Source of the DNA: a virus
Lineage: Duplodnaviria; Caudoviricetes
IMG/VR virus record: IMGVR_UViG_3300028833_000118
Location: 1-64,000 of that record
Direction: 5' to 3' (one strand)
Length of the DNA: 64,000 nucleotides
The stretch's first letter is position 1. Each line of letters starts with the position of its first letter. A model generated the notes under the pieces. That model saw only the letters and a list, made by a program, of their open reading frames with translations. It ran no database searches and was not told the origin of the DNA. Positions 9,856 through 19,846 of the stretch are shown here, one piece after another. The position numbers and the translations under genes are program-made.

Positions 9856-10905
9856 TTAGGCCACGCCAGTCGCAATCAGAGCAGACAGGGGGTAATAGAA
9901 GATAACGCCAGCAGTACGAGCCTCGCAAGGAATCACGGTCTCCAGATTGTGGGGCTGCACGGGGTACTGCATAAAGGGCATCGGGTTCTCCAGAGAGAAC
10001 TTTTCAGCACTGTTGGTGAACATGAAAGCAACACCAACGCCAGCACCGGTATTAACACCATCCGCACCCTCGGCATAGGGATTGGTCTCAGGAGAATTGA
10101 CGTTCAGCTCAGGAGTGCTCACGATGTTCTTGAGGTACGGAGCATTATCCAGAATGAACTTCATCACGGTGACGGCGGTGTTGGGAAGCTGACGAGTAGA
10201 GATATCCATGAACACATCGTTGGGAACACACAGGGTATCAGGACGCTCCACATCCTTCGTGGTCATAGACACATAACCCGCCATGCCATTGATATCGGCA
10301 AGGATCTCATCAGCGGTTTTCTCAGTCCACTTGGTCTTACCAGAAGTGGCACCCGCGCCGATGGTGTACATAGGCACATTCTGTCCGGCAGACAGAACAC
10401 CCATCAAACCAGAAGCGGCATCGCCCTTCCACGCGATCTTGTTGTTCAGGTTGTCGATCTGGTAGCGGGCACTCTCGGCCTTACGAGCATCCAGATTCTT
10501 GCCCGCCATGCGAGACGCACGCATCTCCTGAGCGGAATAACCATAGGACGCACCAAGGGACTTCACCTGAGCATAGTTGGGCTTGCCGTTAACGTCCGCA
10601 CGGGGCAGATCATCGGAATAGTTATCGATGATCTTGGCAAAACCTTCACGATCATAGGTGTAGTAGGTAACGGTCTCGGCACCGGGATCAGCCTCAGAAC
10701 TGATCGGGAACAGATTCAGAGCCGTAAACTGAGGATACAGCTTGTCATAGGACTTAGCCTTGACATAATCCAACTCACGAGCGAAGAACGCAGACACGTC
10801 CTCGGCACTATCAAAATGAGTCGCGCCGCTCTGCATCACAGCGGCAGGAATCGCAGAATTGCGAATGGCCTTGTAATCGGCCTTATCATAAGAAGTGTGC
10901 TTCAT
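9856..10905 (-). CDS. Major capsid protein (DUF2184 type)
   Basis: 349 aa, FFARELDYV, PRADV, YGYSAQE and RTAGVIFYYP motifs; strongly biased codon usage; follows DUF2213 and decoration genes. Confidence 0.9.
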   Translation of the reverse strand: MKHTSYDKADYKAIRNSAIPAAVMQSGATHFDSAEDVSAFFARELDYVKAKSYDKLYPQFTALNLFPISSEADPGAETVTYYTYDREGFAKIIDNYSDDLPRADVNGKPNYAQVKSLGASYGYSAQEMRASRMAGKNLDARKAESARYQIDNLNNKIAWKGDAASGLMGVLSAGQNVPMYTIGAGATSGKTKWTEKTADEILADINGMAGYVSMTTKDVERPDTLCVPNDVFMDISTRQLPNTAVTVMKFILDNAPYLKNIVSTPELNVNSPETNPYAEGADGVNTGAGVGVAFMFTNSAEKFSLENPMPFMQYPVQPHNLETVIPCEARTAGVIFYYPLSALIATGVA

Positions 10906-10938
10906 TAACTTTATCCTCCCTCAAATTTCTCTTTCCAA

Positions 10939-11424
10939 TCAAGCCTGAGCCTGATTGAACAGCTCGACGATGGCAATGCCATTCTCAGCCGCGCTCAGGA
11001 AACGTCCCTTGATGGCAATGGCAGAAGCGCCAGAAGTATTGGTGAACTTACCGGCATCATTACCAGAGATAACCAGATAAGCCGCATCACCATAGGCGGG
11101 CTCCACATCGGCGGCGAGCAGAGCATAGATAGTACCATACTGCATAACACCAAGAGCACACTTGTTCCGCAGAGACAGATTTCCCTCCAGATCAAGCTCG
11201 GTAGTACGACGGTTGGTAACGATACCCTCAAAGGTAGCCGCAGTAGCACCGGTGGCAGGCAGCTTGACGGTCAGACCGGCCTTGGTTCCGGTAACAACGC
11301 CCATACCAAATCCCATGACACCATTGGCAGCTTCATTCGTGAAAGAACGAATGTAATGAGGAGCCAGATCGACAATACCGCCGGCGGCCCCCATCGGAGT
11401 GTTGTAAGAATAAGAAGTCTGCAT
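10939..11424 (-). CDS. Head decoration/cement protein
   Basis: 161 aa Ala/Gly-rich protein between scaffold and capsid genes, the usual arrangement in DUF2213/DUF2184 modules. Confidence 0.7.
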   Translation of the reverse strand: MQTSYSYNTPMGAAGGIVDLAPHYIRSFTNEAANGVMGFGMGVVTGTKAGLTVKLPATGATAATFEGIVTNRRTTELDLEGNLSLRNKCALGVMQYGTIYALLAADVEPAYGDAAYLVISGNDAGKFTNTSGASAIAIKGRFLSAAENGIAIVELFNQAQA

Positions 11425-11441
11425 TACTTTTTCCCCCTCAA

Positions 11442-12959
11442 TTACTTATTTTTGTTCAGACGCTCGATCATACGCTGGCGAGCATCAGCAGCAGAATCCT
11501 TGGAAATTCCCGAATCACGAGAATCCTTATTGAACATCTGGCGCTTCTGATAAGAAGTGTCCTTCACCTTACGAGCACGAATGCTCTTCTTGGCATTATC
11601 AAACGCACCATTGATATACGCATCGGACTTACCATCCAGACGCATATCCGGGCGAACGGCCTTCACAATGGCGATCTTCGCACTCTTGAGATCCTTGAAC
11701 TCAAGATTCTTCAAACCGACCTGACGGCCAAGTTTGCCCATCATCATGTGGTTGCGGATCGCACGGCTCGCGGCAGAATCCATCCGCTTTTCTTTACCGC
11801 AATCATCTTCGTCAAACTCTTCCTCTTCCTCGACCATCTCTTCATCCTCGGGAAGCTCCTCATCCTCGGCATCCTCGACGATCTCTTTCTCTTCCTCTTC
11901 CTCGGCAACTTCTTCGTCCTCGGGAATCTCTTCATCATCGGCACCCTCGGCAACCTCTTCCTCATCGACGAACTCTTCATCCTCTTCGGCATCGCCTTTG
12001 AGCTTTTCAAGATCATCGACCTCATCCATCTTCTCTTCCTCTTCGGCAACCTCTTCCACTTCCTCATCAGCAGCATCGAAATCCTGCTTGGCGAGCAACG
12101 TGTCGATAATGTCGAACAGAATATCAAGATCCTCATCCTGATGGGCGATAACACTCATAGCCTCATCGGTGTCCTTCGGATCTCCAGCCTCATCCCGACG
12201 ATCACGCCGAGCCTTGACTTCCTCGACCTGATCTTCAATGCTAAGAGGCTTCTTGGTCTCCTCGACCTCGACTTCCTCCACATCATCCGCATCGGTCTTC
12301 TCACGCTCGGCCTTACGCGCCTTGTACTCGTCAATGGCTTTGGCAAACTCTTCGTCGGACAGAACAGCATCACCACGACGAGCATTCACGATCTTCTTGC
12401 TCATCTTTTTTCCTCCTTTGAGCACATTCTTGTTGTCACGGCTATCCAAATTTAACCGTGCCTGTTCTCCGGCTCTCGCATCACGAACAAGAGCCAAGTG
12501 GTTGATTCTTATGTTCCGCTGAATCGCATCATAATGCTGACCATTCCACTCTCCCGGAGTCTCATCCAGATCAAGGTTATATCCAAGGCTCAATTCCTTG
12601 AATCCCGTATCCTTCATCGCATCAGTATCATGAATTATGATCTCAGCTCTAACATCATCGCCACTTCTCTCTCCTTCGCTCAGAATCGTACCGATCTGAT
12701 TCTCCGCCACATTGTTCTTATCTATTAACCCTGCATCATGGGTTACTACAACCGGCTTTCCTCGATACGATTTAAGGCTCTCCGGAGAAAAAACATCTTC
12801 CGGCAGACGGAGTTCCCTCCGAATGCTGCCGTCCGGGTTGCTATACTCGAAAATTCCCGTTGAGGTAAGGATGGGCTTATCTCTCAAGAAACCTTCGGGT
12901 GTGAAATACGCCTTGACCATTGGAACACTATCAAGTCGTATGACACGCTTTAACTCCAT
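11442..12959 (-). CDS. DUF2213 prohead protease/scaffold protein
   Basis: TPEGFL...TSTGIFEY, KPVVVTH, ELSLGY and NHLALV motifs, followed by a long Glu/Asp-rich segment. Confidence 0.85.
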   Translation of the reverse strand: MELKRVIRLDSVPMVKAYFTPEGFLRDKPILTSTGIFEYSNPDGSIRRELRLPEDVFSPESLKSYRGKPVVVTHDAGLIDKNNVAENQIGTILSEGERSGDDVRAEIIIHDTDAMKDTGFKELSLGYNLDLDETPGEWNGQHYDAIQRNIRINHLALVRDARAGEQARLNLDSRDNKNVLKGGKKMSKKIVNARRGDAVLSDEEFAKAIDEYKARKAEREKTDADDVEEVEVEETKKPLSIEDQVEEVKARRDRRDEAGDPKDTDEAMSVIAHQDEDLDILFDIIDTLLAKQDFDAADEEVEEVAEEEEKMDEVDDLEKLKGDAEEDEEFVDEEEVAEGADDEEIPEDEEVAEEEEEKEIVEDAEDEELPEDEEMVEEEEEFDEDDCGKEKRMDSAASRAIRNHMMMGKLGRQVGLKNLEFKDLKSAKIAIVKAVRPDMRLDGKSDAYINGAFDNAKKSIRARKVKDTSYQKRQMFNKDSRDSGISKDSAADARQRMIERLNKNK

Positions 12960-13015
12960 TCCCCTTCTCTCCCCTTCCTCTATATCAAAAAGATTTATTT
13001 ACATAAACCTTTCGA

Positions 13016-13048
13016 CAAAATAAAAAAGCACCGCAAAAGCGATGCTTT
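13016..13048 (-). terminator. Intrinsic terminator
   Basis: Minus strand AAAGCATCGC-TTTT-GCGGTGCTTT then a T-rich run. Confidence 0.75.
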
Positions 13049-13051
13049 AAG

Positions 13052-15877
13052 TCACGGCATCTTCATCGACTTTACCACCATGCGCCCATCAAAATGACCA
13101 CGACAATCATAATATGAATTGCAAGAATCATTGCGCTTCCCTATTTCCGTTTTCCCGACCTGACGAATAACAACATGGGTCTCATAACAAACATAATACT
13201 TATCTCCCCATCTGTTTTCCCTGATTCCTCGTTCTCTTATGGCCGGGGTAATATCTTTTTCCTCCCTGATATAACCACCACTAATCTCTTTGGAAGAAAC
13301 AGAAACAACCTCAAATTCTCCACAACTTAAATATTCTTGCTGTTTATATCTCGACAAAGCAGATATATCTAACGCATTCGCTCCGGGCTCCAATACATAA
13401 TGTATCTTGTCCCCGAACTTACTCGCAGATAGATCCTCTTCAACATCAAGGCTCGCCGTAAACGAAGTCGGGGCATCCATCTTTATTCTATCTCCGACTT
13501 TCGGCGGGACATACGGCTTTTGATCCCCACGTTTGAATATTCTCCTGTCACTCGTTACCCTATACAACTCCCGATCATACGGTTTGCTGTTATTGATTAT
13601 TCCGATTACATTTACCATTCCCTCTGCCATATTCGCTTCGCTGCTTTTGAGCCCTTGTCCCTTCCACAAATCACGAATTTCATAGAGGTTTCCATTGGCA
13701 TATTCTCCAATGGTCATTGCATCAACATCTTTAATTCCTTCTTTTACAACCTCTTCGGCAGCGGCTCTTTGTTCGGCATAACCACCTTCTGTATAAAGAA
13801 CAATACTGTCAACCACATTTTTGAATTCCGGATCTTTCTTTGCCTTTTTTACAATGCTTTTTCGATCCATCGTTCCAATATCTTTCGCCCACTCTTCACA
13901 TTTCTCTTTATCTGCGGGCTTTATATCAGTGACCATTCCTGCCTCATCCGAACTACCTACGAACCGAACCGGCGGATAATCATACATTTCCATTGCTGCC
14001 CCAACGTCATGGGCTACAAGTTTATCATCGAGTTTTCTCATCCCATGCTTGTTTGTGATGGCCCACTCATTATCCCCTGTTTTCTCAAATAATAACGTTC
14101 CCCTCACAACAAGAGCCCCAACAGGGAGACTTGAAACAAGCTCCTCGCATTCCTTCCTCGCCTCATTTTGCCTTTTCTCAGACTCTTTAAACGGTGTTGG
14201 GTCATAATCCTTCGCCTTATAATTGACTCCTCTTTGAAAGGCCTCTTCTTCCAATACCCTTCTTCTTATATCGTCGAGTTTCGTTTGTGCCTCTTTGATT
14301 TGGTCTCCACTGAGCACGGTTCTCTTGACTTCCACACCCTTCGCAAGCCTCTTTTTGGTGGCACCAACAGATTCCCCACCCGACATTTTGCTAATAACAT
14401 GTGGGTTCCCCTTATCAGGCTCCCCTTCTTCATTCAAATGGACTTTGTGCCCATTTTCCGTAGTTATCCAACGCCCCTCTTCGGTTTTCGCATCCAATCT
14501 TTTTTGTCTGCGTTCCCTAAAACCATCTACCCTTTTCTTCTTTTTATATGCTTCCCAAGCAGAATCAACATCCTCGACGGCTTCTGCATCCTTCGGCTTG
14601 AATCCTCCCCATTCTCCATCCCGAAACTTTATCTGCTCATCATCGCTCTCGAAATCCTCAAGATGTTCCTCTAACCACTCATCCCACGCGGCATCCATAT
14701 TAACCGCCATGCCGCCCGGATAGAGCTTTTCTTTTTCGCCAAGGTCACTATCCAACTCACCCTCAAAAAACGCGCTGTCGCCGTTCTGGGCTTTATGCAG
14801 GGCCGTCATCTGCCCTACGCTACGCTGAATACTATCTATGCACCTCTCAATAACCTTATCGGCTATCTCTTTATCCTTTTCACTCTTACTCGACGCAAAC
14901 AACTCAATCCTCTCTGCATCCTGAATTATTGCATCAAGCAGATCCTCATCTATACTGAATTCCGGTTCAATGATTTTTGACTCAGCATAATCCTCGAACG
15001 CCCATTTTACCGGATCGGCCCACTCCCAATCTCCAGACTTTTTTACATCCTCTTCATCTGTTCGACCGACCGGGGACAACTTCCTCGGAATCCAGATCTC
15101 GGCCTCTCCCACGGCTCTCATCGATCCATAGGTATCTATCGGCCTGACCTCTGCCTCTATGATGTTCCCATTCTCTCCGGCAAAGTGTTCCGCCATCTTT
15201 CTATCAAACGTATAGGCATCGAACACATCATCCTTGATATGCTTCTGCCCTTTTTCTCCCCGATATACCTTGATGGGCGTTACAAGAAACTTTTCAAACG
15301 AAACAGGCTTATCTATGTTATTCCGATAATTCTCATACGCCAAATTCAAACCCGCATTACGCATCTCCGGAGAACTCAGAATCGCATTTGTCAATTTAGG
15401 CTTATACGAACTATCCGCATTCCGAAACCACCCATCATAAAGGCTCTGCGTCACATACGGCGAATCATATATAACCTCATCCGCTTCATCTTGCGATATG
15501 GGATGAATGTCTTTTGTGGTATCCTCCATCCGGAATTTATACCACTCATCATCTATCGCCTGACCTCCGCCCTCATCATACAGATCCTGTAACTTATCTA
15601 CATTCTTCCTGATCCAATCATTTTTATCATCATCCGGCTCAAACTCATAATCCACTCGATTCGGTGACATTTCTTTTGAAATGCTCATCTTTTTGCTTTT
15701 CGGCAGATTACGCAACTTATCCGGGCCACTCTTTATATTTTTCTCGTCATCGACTAATACATGGGTTCCGCCAATCGTGATCCAATCTTCATCCATCCTT
15801 TTCTTCAATCTATCCGCCCGGCGCTTACGATATTCAATTACAGACAAATCAGCGATAGCTATCGCCCCCCTGACCAT
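13052..15877 (-). CDS. Leader-bearing multidomain protein with two putative ADP-ribosyltransferase domains
   Basis: 941 aa; VYRG...AYT...GEAE and LYRV...TSFT...QQEY are R-S/T-E patterns; Arg-rich leader at the N-terminus and repeated internally. Confidence 0.65.
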   Translation of the reverse strand: MVRGAIAIADLSVIEYRKRRADRLKKRMDEDWITIGGTHVLVDDEKNIKSGPDKLRNLPKSKKMSISKEMSPNRVDYEFEPDDDKNDWIRKNVDKLQDLYDEGGGQAIDDEWYKFRMEDTTKDIHPISQDEADEVIYDSPYVTQSLYDGWFRNADSSYKPKLTNAILSSPEMRNAGLNLAYENYRNNIDKPVSFEKFLVTPIKVYRGEKGQKHIKDDVFDAYTFDRKMAEHFAGENGNIIEAEVRPIDTYGSMRAVGEAEIWIPRKLSPVGRTDEEDVKKSGDWEWADPVKWAFEDYAESKIIEPEFSIDEDLLDAIIQDAERIELFASSKSEKDKEIADKVIERCIDSIQRSVGQMTALHKAQNGDSAFFEGELDSDLGEKEKLYPGGMAVNMDAAWDEWLEEHLEDFESDDEQIKFRDGEWGGFKPKDAEAVEDVDSAWEAYKKKKRVDGFRERRQKRLDAKTEEGRWITTENGHKVHLNEEGEPDKGNPHVISKMSGGESVGATKKRLAKGVEVKRTVLSGDQIKEAQTKLDDIRRRVLEEEAFQRGVNYKAKDYDPTPFKESEKRQNEARKECEELVSSLPVGALVVRGTLLFEKTGDNEWAITNKHGMRKLDDKLVAHDVGAAMEMYDYPPVRFVGSSDEAGMVTDIKPADKEKCEEWAKDIGTMDRKSIVKKAKKDPEFKNVVDSIVLYTEGGYAEQRAAAEEVVKEGIKDVDAMTIGEYANGNLYEIRDLWKGQGLKSSEANMAEGMVNVIGIINNSKPYDRELYRVTSDRRIFKRGDQKPYVPPKVGDRIKMDAPTSFTASLDVEEDLSASKFGDKIHYVLEPGANALDISALSRYKQQEYLSCGEFEVVSVSSKEISGGYIREEKDITPAIRERGIRENRWGDKYYVCYETHVVIRQVGKTEIGKRNDSCNSYYDCRGHFDGRMVVKSMKMP

Positions 15878-15878
15878 C

Positions 15879-16835
15879 TCAATTTGACCTCGCTCGCTGT
15901 TGCATCAACATCACTTCTGCCGTATCACCCTCGAACACGGGCTTCGCCGTACACCTACATCCATATGCTTGGCCCGGGTGTAGGTATCTCCCTGTATAAA
16001 CAATCCCCTTGCTCTTGGTTACATACCAATCGGCAGGGGGATTATTCCAACTGAAAATCTTGTTGTTCAACTCTCTATGGCACGGTCTGACCCTTGAATC
16101 ATGTCTTGCCGTCCACTTATATTTATCTACACCGAGACTTTTGTGTTCATACTCGGTCATATGACAATTTAATGTTCCCATCTGATCCGTGGCAATCTGC
16201 TTCGCATGGCTTCTGGTCATACCGACAACCTTTTCCAACCTACGATACACATTGATCCTCGGCTGATGCGTCGTATATCCCCATACGATAATCTCATGAA
16301 CCTTCGACAACGCATCCTGCGTCAACGAACTAATATAACTCACACTGTCCGCAACCCACTTGTTCATAAGATCTTCCATCGTCTCCATATAGAAAGGCTC
16401 GCTTATTTCTCCACCCATCGCATCATCCACAAGGCTTTTCCAATCCCTCACAGACGATCTCTGAGCAATCTTTCCAACCCTTCCCACTTTACGAATCAAC
16501 TTGGTAACATCGATATCCTTTAAGATATCCTCTTCGCACTCCGACAAGATCTCTCCGATCCCATCATCCATGTTTAAATCCGCATCTAATCGAACATTCT
16601 CATCCGACCATACATCATATATGGCCTTTACCCTCTCAATTGCAGGCCGTAATCTCTTCCCAATTACAACCGCAACCTCAAGAGCTACCCTTGCCAACTC
16701 TCTCTCCGCTGACATGGGGAATACCGGTTTTCTTCTCGGTATCTTTGCTCCCTCAGAACTCTCTACGGGAGAACTCTGCATCATTCTTGTTCGTATTTCC
16801 GGCACATTTACAATTGCCGCTACGCCCATCTGCAA
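15879..16835 (-). CDS. MuF / SPP1 gp7-like head morphogenesis protein, short form (likely start 16829)
   Basis: IATDQMGTLN, YKW...DSRVRPCH and HPGQAYGCRCTA motifs; no C-terminal toxin extension. Confidence 0.9.
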   Translation of the reverse strand: MQMGVAAIVNVPEIRTRMMQSSPVESSEGAKIPRRKPVFPMSAERELARVALEVAVVIGKRLRPAIERVKAIYDVWSDENVRLDADLNMDDGIGEILSECEEDILKDIDVTKLIRKVGRVGKIAQRSSVRDWKSLVDDAMGGEISEPFYMETMEDLMNKWVADSVSYISSLTQDALSKVHEIIVWGYTTHQPRINVYRRLEKVVGMTRSHAKQIATDQMGTLNCHMTEYEHKSLGVDKYKWTARHDSRVRPCHRELNNKIFSWNNPPADWYVTKSKGIVYTGRYLHPGQAYGCRCTAKPVFEGDTAEVMLMQQRARSN

Positions 16836-16910
16836 AACCTCCCAAAAGGCAAGGGGCGCTCTTTTCAGAACGCCCCCAGAAACCGTTTGTACTCATGGTA
16901 CATCGGCAAA

Positions 16911-17213
16911 TTATTTATATTTTAACGGGTCGAACTCCCAATCTCCGACTCTCGCTATCTGTCCCTCTTCGATTACACTCTGGTCGAAATCCTCCAGAAT
17001 ATCGAAATAATCTTTTCCGATCTCATCCACACCTTTTCCATTAATCAATGCGGACAAAACCTTGATTTTCTTCCCGAGCATCTTATCACTTTCCAGATCG
17101 AAATATTCACGAACCCCATCATCGATTTCGGCGGCTCTCGAATAAAGATCCTCGACCTTTTCTCTCATCTTCCAACGCTTTTCATACTTCTCCGCCAAAT
17201 CCATATCACTCAC
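16911..17213 (-). CDS. Small acidic partner (candidate immunity) protein
   Basis: 100 aa overlapping the stop of the zincin-bearing gene. Confidence 0.5.
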   Translation of the reverse strand: MSDMDLAEKYEKRWKMREKVEDLYSRAAEIDDGVREYFDLESDKMLGKKIKVLSALINGKGVDEIGKDYFDILEDFDQSVIEEGQIARVGDWEFDPLKYK

Positions 17214-18522
17214 CCCTCAATCTCTTCACTATCGCAACAATTTCTTCATTCAACTTTTGGGCAATCTCTGGCTTATCTCTATCGAACACTTCTGCCAACT
17301 TCGGGTTCGTTGCCTTCAACGCCACATAATCGGCAATCATCTCAATCGCCTTATTCCCTTTATCACTTCTGAAATACCCCTGCGAATGCCCGAATTTGAC
17401 GATTCCAGATGCCCTTAATTGCCCTCCACTCAATGAATCATACAACCCCTGCAAACTCGCCACACCATGCATCAAAGACTCTCTTCTAACAAGGTTCTCT
17501 TCTTCGACGGCCTTTCTCACCTTTTTTATCTCTTTCTCATATGCTCTTATGTCCGACCCAGACATTCCAGATCTAAGCATCCCCGAATAATCCGCCACTC
17601 CATCATCTCGCAACCATTCCGGCCTCTTTCCATACATCCTCTCAGCCGCCTTGAACGTCGCTTCAATTTTGTCCTTCTTCTCCTGATTCCTTAATTCATC
17701 ATACTTGTCATTATATTCTTTGAACAGATTTCCGGTCTCTTTGCTGAATGCCCCATTATCTGCATCTATCGCATTTAAAAGATCTTTGTTCTCTGTCGAA
17801 AAATGACCATACTTTTCATTCTCTCTCGCACACAGATCTATGTAATGAGTCCACTCATGAGCGAATGTTCTGATCGCCTGTTCCTTTTGATCTGGGTCTT
17901 TTATCGCAGAGAAATTTGGAATCGTAACCGTTGTCTCGATCATTCTTCCATCTCGATACATCTTTGTGCTAACAGATCCAGATGTAGGCTTCGTTGTCCT
18001 TCTGCAACTCAATCCGGGCGGAGTTTTTGAACCCGGCAACGTCGCAGCGCTCAAGAACTCTGTTATTTCCCCATCATCACAATGCTCATTGATGAACTTG
18101 GCGAACTCCATCGTATTCTTTTCATAGGTCTTTGAGGTCATTACACTCGGGAAATGACTTCCTTCAATCTTCGTCACAGGCTTCTTTGCCTTTGACGGTT
18201 TCCCGGCTTTCCCGGTTTTCTTTAACTCCTTATATACCTCTCCGGCAGAATACCCTTTTCCTTCAAGGGCTTTCCACGCATCCTTCGGTGTCCACTTCGG
18301 ATCGACATTGATCCCTTCTCTCAGACACAAACCAAAAGGGATTTTCGTGTTCCCATGACCACCAGATCCACCACCCACATTATTCTGATTCTCATCCTCT
18401 TCCGCATCCATACGGGCGATCCATCTCTGGTCGCGGCGTTCTCTATAATCAAAGACAGCCTTGGCATCTAACCTCGACTGCCTCCGCTTTTTATATTCTG
18501 AAACAACATCCAACGAAAACAC
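17206..18522 (-). CDS. Leader-bearing zincin-type metallopeptidase (likely TTG start 18513)
   Basis: AHEWTHYID (HExxH) with distal EMIAD; double Arg-rich leader; RBS GAGGTG before TTG. Confidence 0.6.
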   Translation of the reverse strand: MFSLDVVSEYKKRRQSRLDAKAVFDYRERRDQRWIARMDAEEDENQNNVGGGSGGHGNTKIPFGLCLREGINVDPKWTPKDAWKALEGKGYSAGEVYKELKKTGKAGKPSKAKKPVTKIEGSHFPSVMTSKTYEKNTMEFAKFINEHCDDGEITEFLSAATLPGSKTPPGLSCRRTTKPTSGSVSTKMYRDGRMIETTVTIPNFSAIKDPDQKEQAIRTFAHEWTHYIDLCARENEKYGHFSTENKDLLNAIDADNGAFSKETGNLFKEYNDKYDELRNQEKKDKIEATFKAAERMYGKRPEWLRDDGVADYSGMLRSGMSGSDIRAYEKEIKKVRKAVEEENLVRRESLMHGVASLQGLYDSLSGGQLRASGIVKFGHSQGYFRSDKGNKAIEMIADYVALKATNPKLAEVFDRDKPEIAQKLNEEIVAIVKRLRGE

Positions 18523-18537
18523 CTCGCTAAAGGCGTT

Positions 18538-18708
18538 TCATTCAACGCCCTCATCTTCGACAATTTCAAAATTTCCCGGAAGATACAAATAATCTTCCCC
18601 CGTTTCATCAATCACACGCCAGAAACCATGCTCTTCTCCTATTTTTTCATATTCTTTCCCCTTGATGAACTCCAAGGGGTCGCTCTCACCAATATATCTT
18701 ACTTTCAT
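18538..18708 (-). CDS. Small candidate immunity protein (MKVRYIGES...IDETGEDYLY)
   Basis: 56 aa from ATG 18708 with GGAGGA RBS, overlapping the upstream gene; this type of protein is commonly found beside MuF toxin domains. Confidence 0.6.
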   Translation of the reverse strand: MKVRYIGESDPLEFIKGKEYEKIGEEHGFWRVIDETGEDYLYLPGNFEIVEDEGVE

Positions 18709-19348
18709 CCATGTCCTCCGCAAACTGCTTAATCTTCCATCTGGTTTGCCCGACCTCCGGGCTTTCAAACCAATGTAAATCGGCTTTTCTCTGCTTCCCA
18801 TCCGGTCCGACTACCATTCCAATACCTTTACAATGCTTCCAACTTCCACTTTTTCCACCCGACTGCTCTATCAATTTATCTTCTACTCTCAGTGGAGCCG
18901 ATGTTCCATTCCCCGCAAATACGGTTAAATGCTCTATCTCTCCACGACAGATCTTATACTTATTGCCATCCGGGTCACTGACTCTCACTTGCTTCGTCAC
19001 CCTCATCTTTTCCTCATCATGGTTAAAATGAGTGACTGGCTTCCCGACCTTGTCTCTCATCACCGCCCCGGCATTGCTATACTCTACCTTTACTTCGGGC
19101 ACCATCTTTCCTTTTCTGGTGCTCTTCGCCCCTCCCTTTGACTCGAATCGTCCGCTCTCATCCCTCGGATGGTCAGATTCCTCGAACTCATCCATCCGAT
19201 CTTCCATGCCGATAGACAACGATAGTCTCTGTAATTCGGCAAACAATTTGCGCCTATATGCACTAAAAGCGCCGTCGTCGGACAGCGCTTTCAAGGTCAG
19301 GCAAATACTTTTAATTTTATTCGCACAGCTTAAAATGCCGCCGTCCAA
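18686..19348 (-). CDS. HPR-motif protein with a MuF-toxin-like C-terminal domain
   Basis: DHPRDESGRF motif; C-terminal WKHCKG...ADLHWFE...VG...WKIK resembles a domain recurrent at MuF C-termini. Confidence 0.55.
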   Translation of the reverse strand: MDGGILSCANKIKSICLTLKALSDDGAFSAYRRKLFAELQRLSLSIGMEDRMDEFEESDHPRDESGRFESKGGAKSTRKGKMVPEVKVEYSNAGAVMRDKVGKPVTHFNHDEEKMRVTKQVRVSDPDGNKYKICRGEIEHLTVFAGNGTSAPLRVEDKLIEQSGGKSGSWKHCKGIGMVVGPDGKQRKADLHWFESPEVGQTRWKIKQFAEDMDESKIYW

Positions 19349-19360
19349 ACGACCACTTCC

Positions 19361-19780
19361 TTATTCGGTCAAAATTTCGACCGCCTTTTTATATTTCTCA
19401 AGACGCTCCAAATCCATATCATTTACCACAGGCAACCTTGTGAGATCCATGTTGTGCTCCAAATCGGCAAGCTTCACCTTCCGAGCCAACTCATTCCCGC
19501 GAATTCCCTTGATATACTCCAGATACGGAACGCCCCTCTCATGTGTAATCACACGAACAGCATCGGCAATCTCGTCACCGAAAAGATCCCGAATCTCATC
19601 AATCGTCGCCCCAGTGTCCTCCACAGTGTCGTGAAGCCACGCAACGACCTTCTCTTTCTCTCCCAGAACTTTCCCGGCAACAGCCCTCGGATGCTCGATA
19701 TACGGCACTCCCGCCTTGTCTACTTGACCCCGATGCTTCATCTCAGCGAATTTCTCCGCCATCATCACAATGTCATTCAC
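19361..19780 (-). CDS. HD-domain small alarmone hydrolase (Mesh1/SAH-like)
   Basis: HRGQVDKAGVPYIEHP, WLHDTVED and VKLAD motifs. Confidence 0.9.
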   Translation of the reverse strand: MNDIVMMAEKFAEMKHRGQVDKAGVPYIEHPRAVAGKVLGEKEKVVAWLHDTVEDTGATIDEIRDLFGDEIADAVRVITHERGVPYLEYIKGIRGNELARKVKLADLEHNMDLTRLPVVNDMDLERLEKYKKAVEILTE

Positions 19781-19800
19781 ACTACCACCCCCACACCATG

Positions 19801-19830
19801 ATTATACCATGCTGTGAAGTTTCATGTCAA
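19801..19830 (-). promoter_or_regulatory. sigmaA promoter for the HD hydrolase
   Basis: TTGACA-18nt-TATAAT with TG extension. Confidence 0.75.
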
Positions 19831-19846
19831 CATTTTTAATGACAGA

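Noticed and set aside
11744-12385. Alternative-frame ORFs within the acidic scaffold region
   Set aside because: By-products of low-complexity GAG/GAA/GAT repeats.
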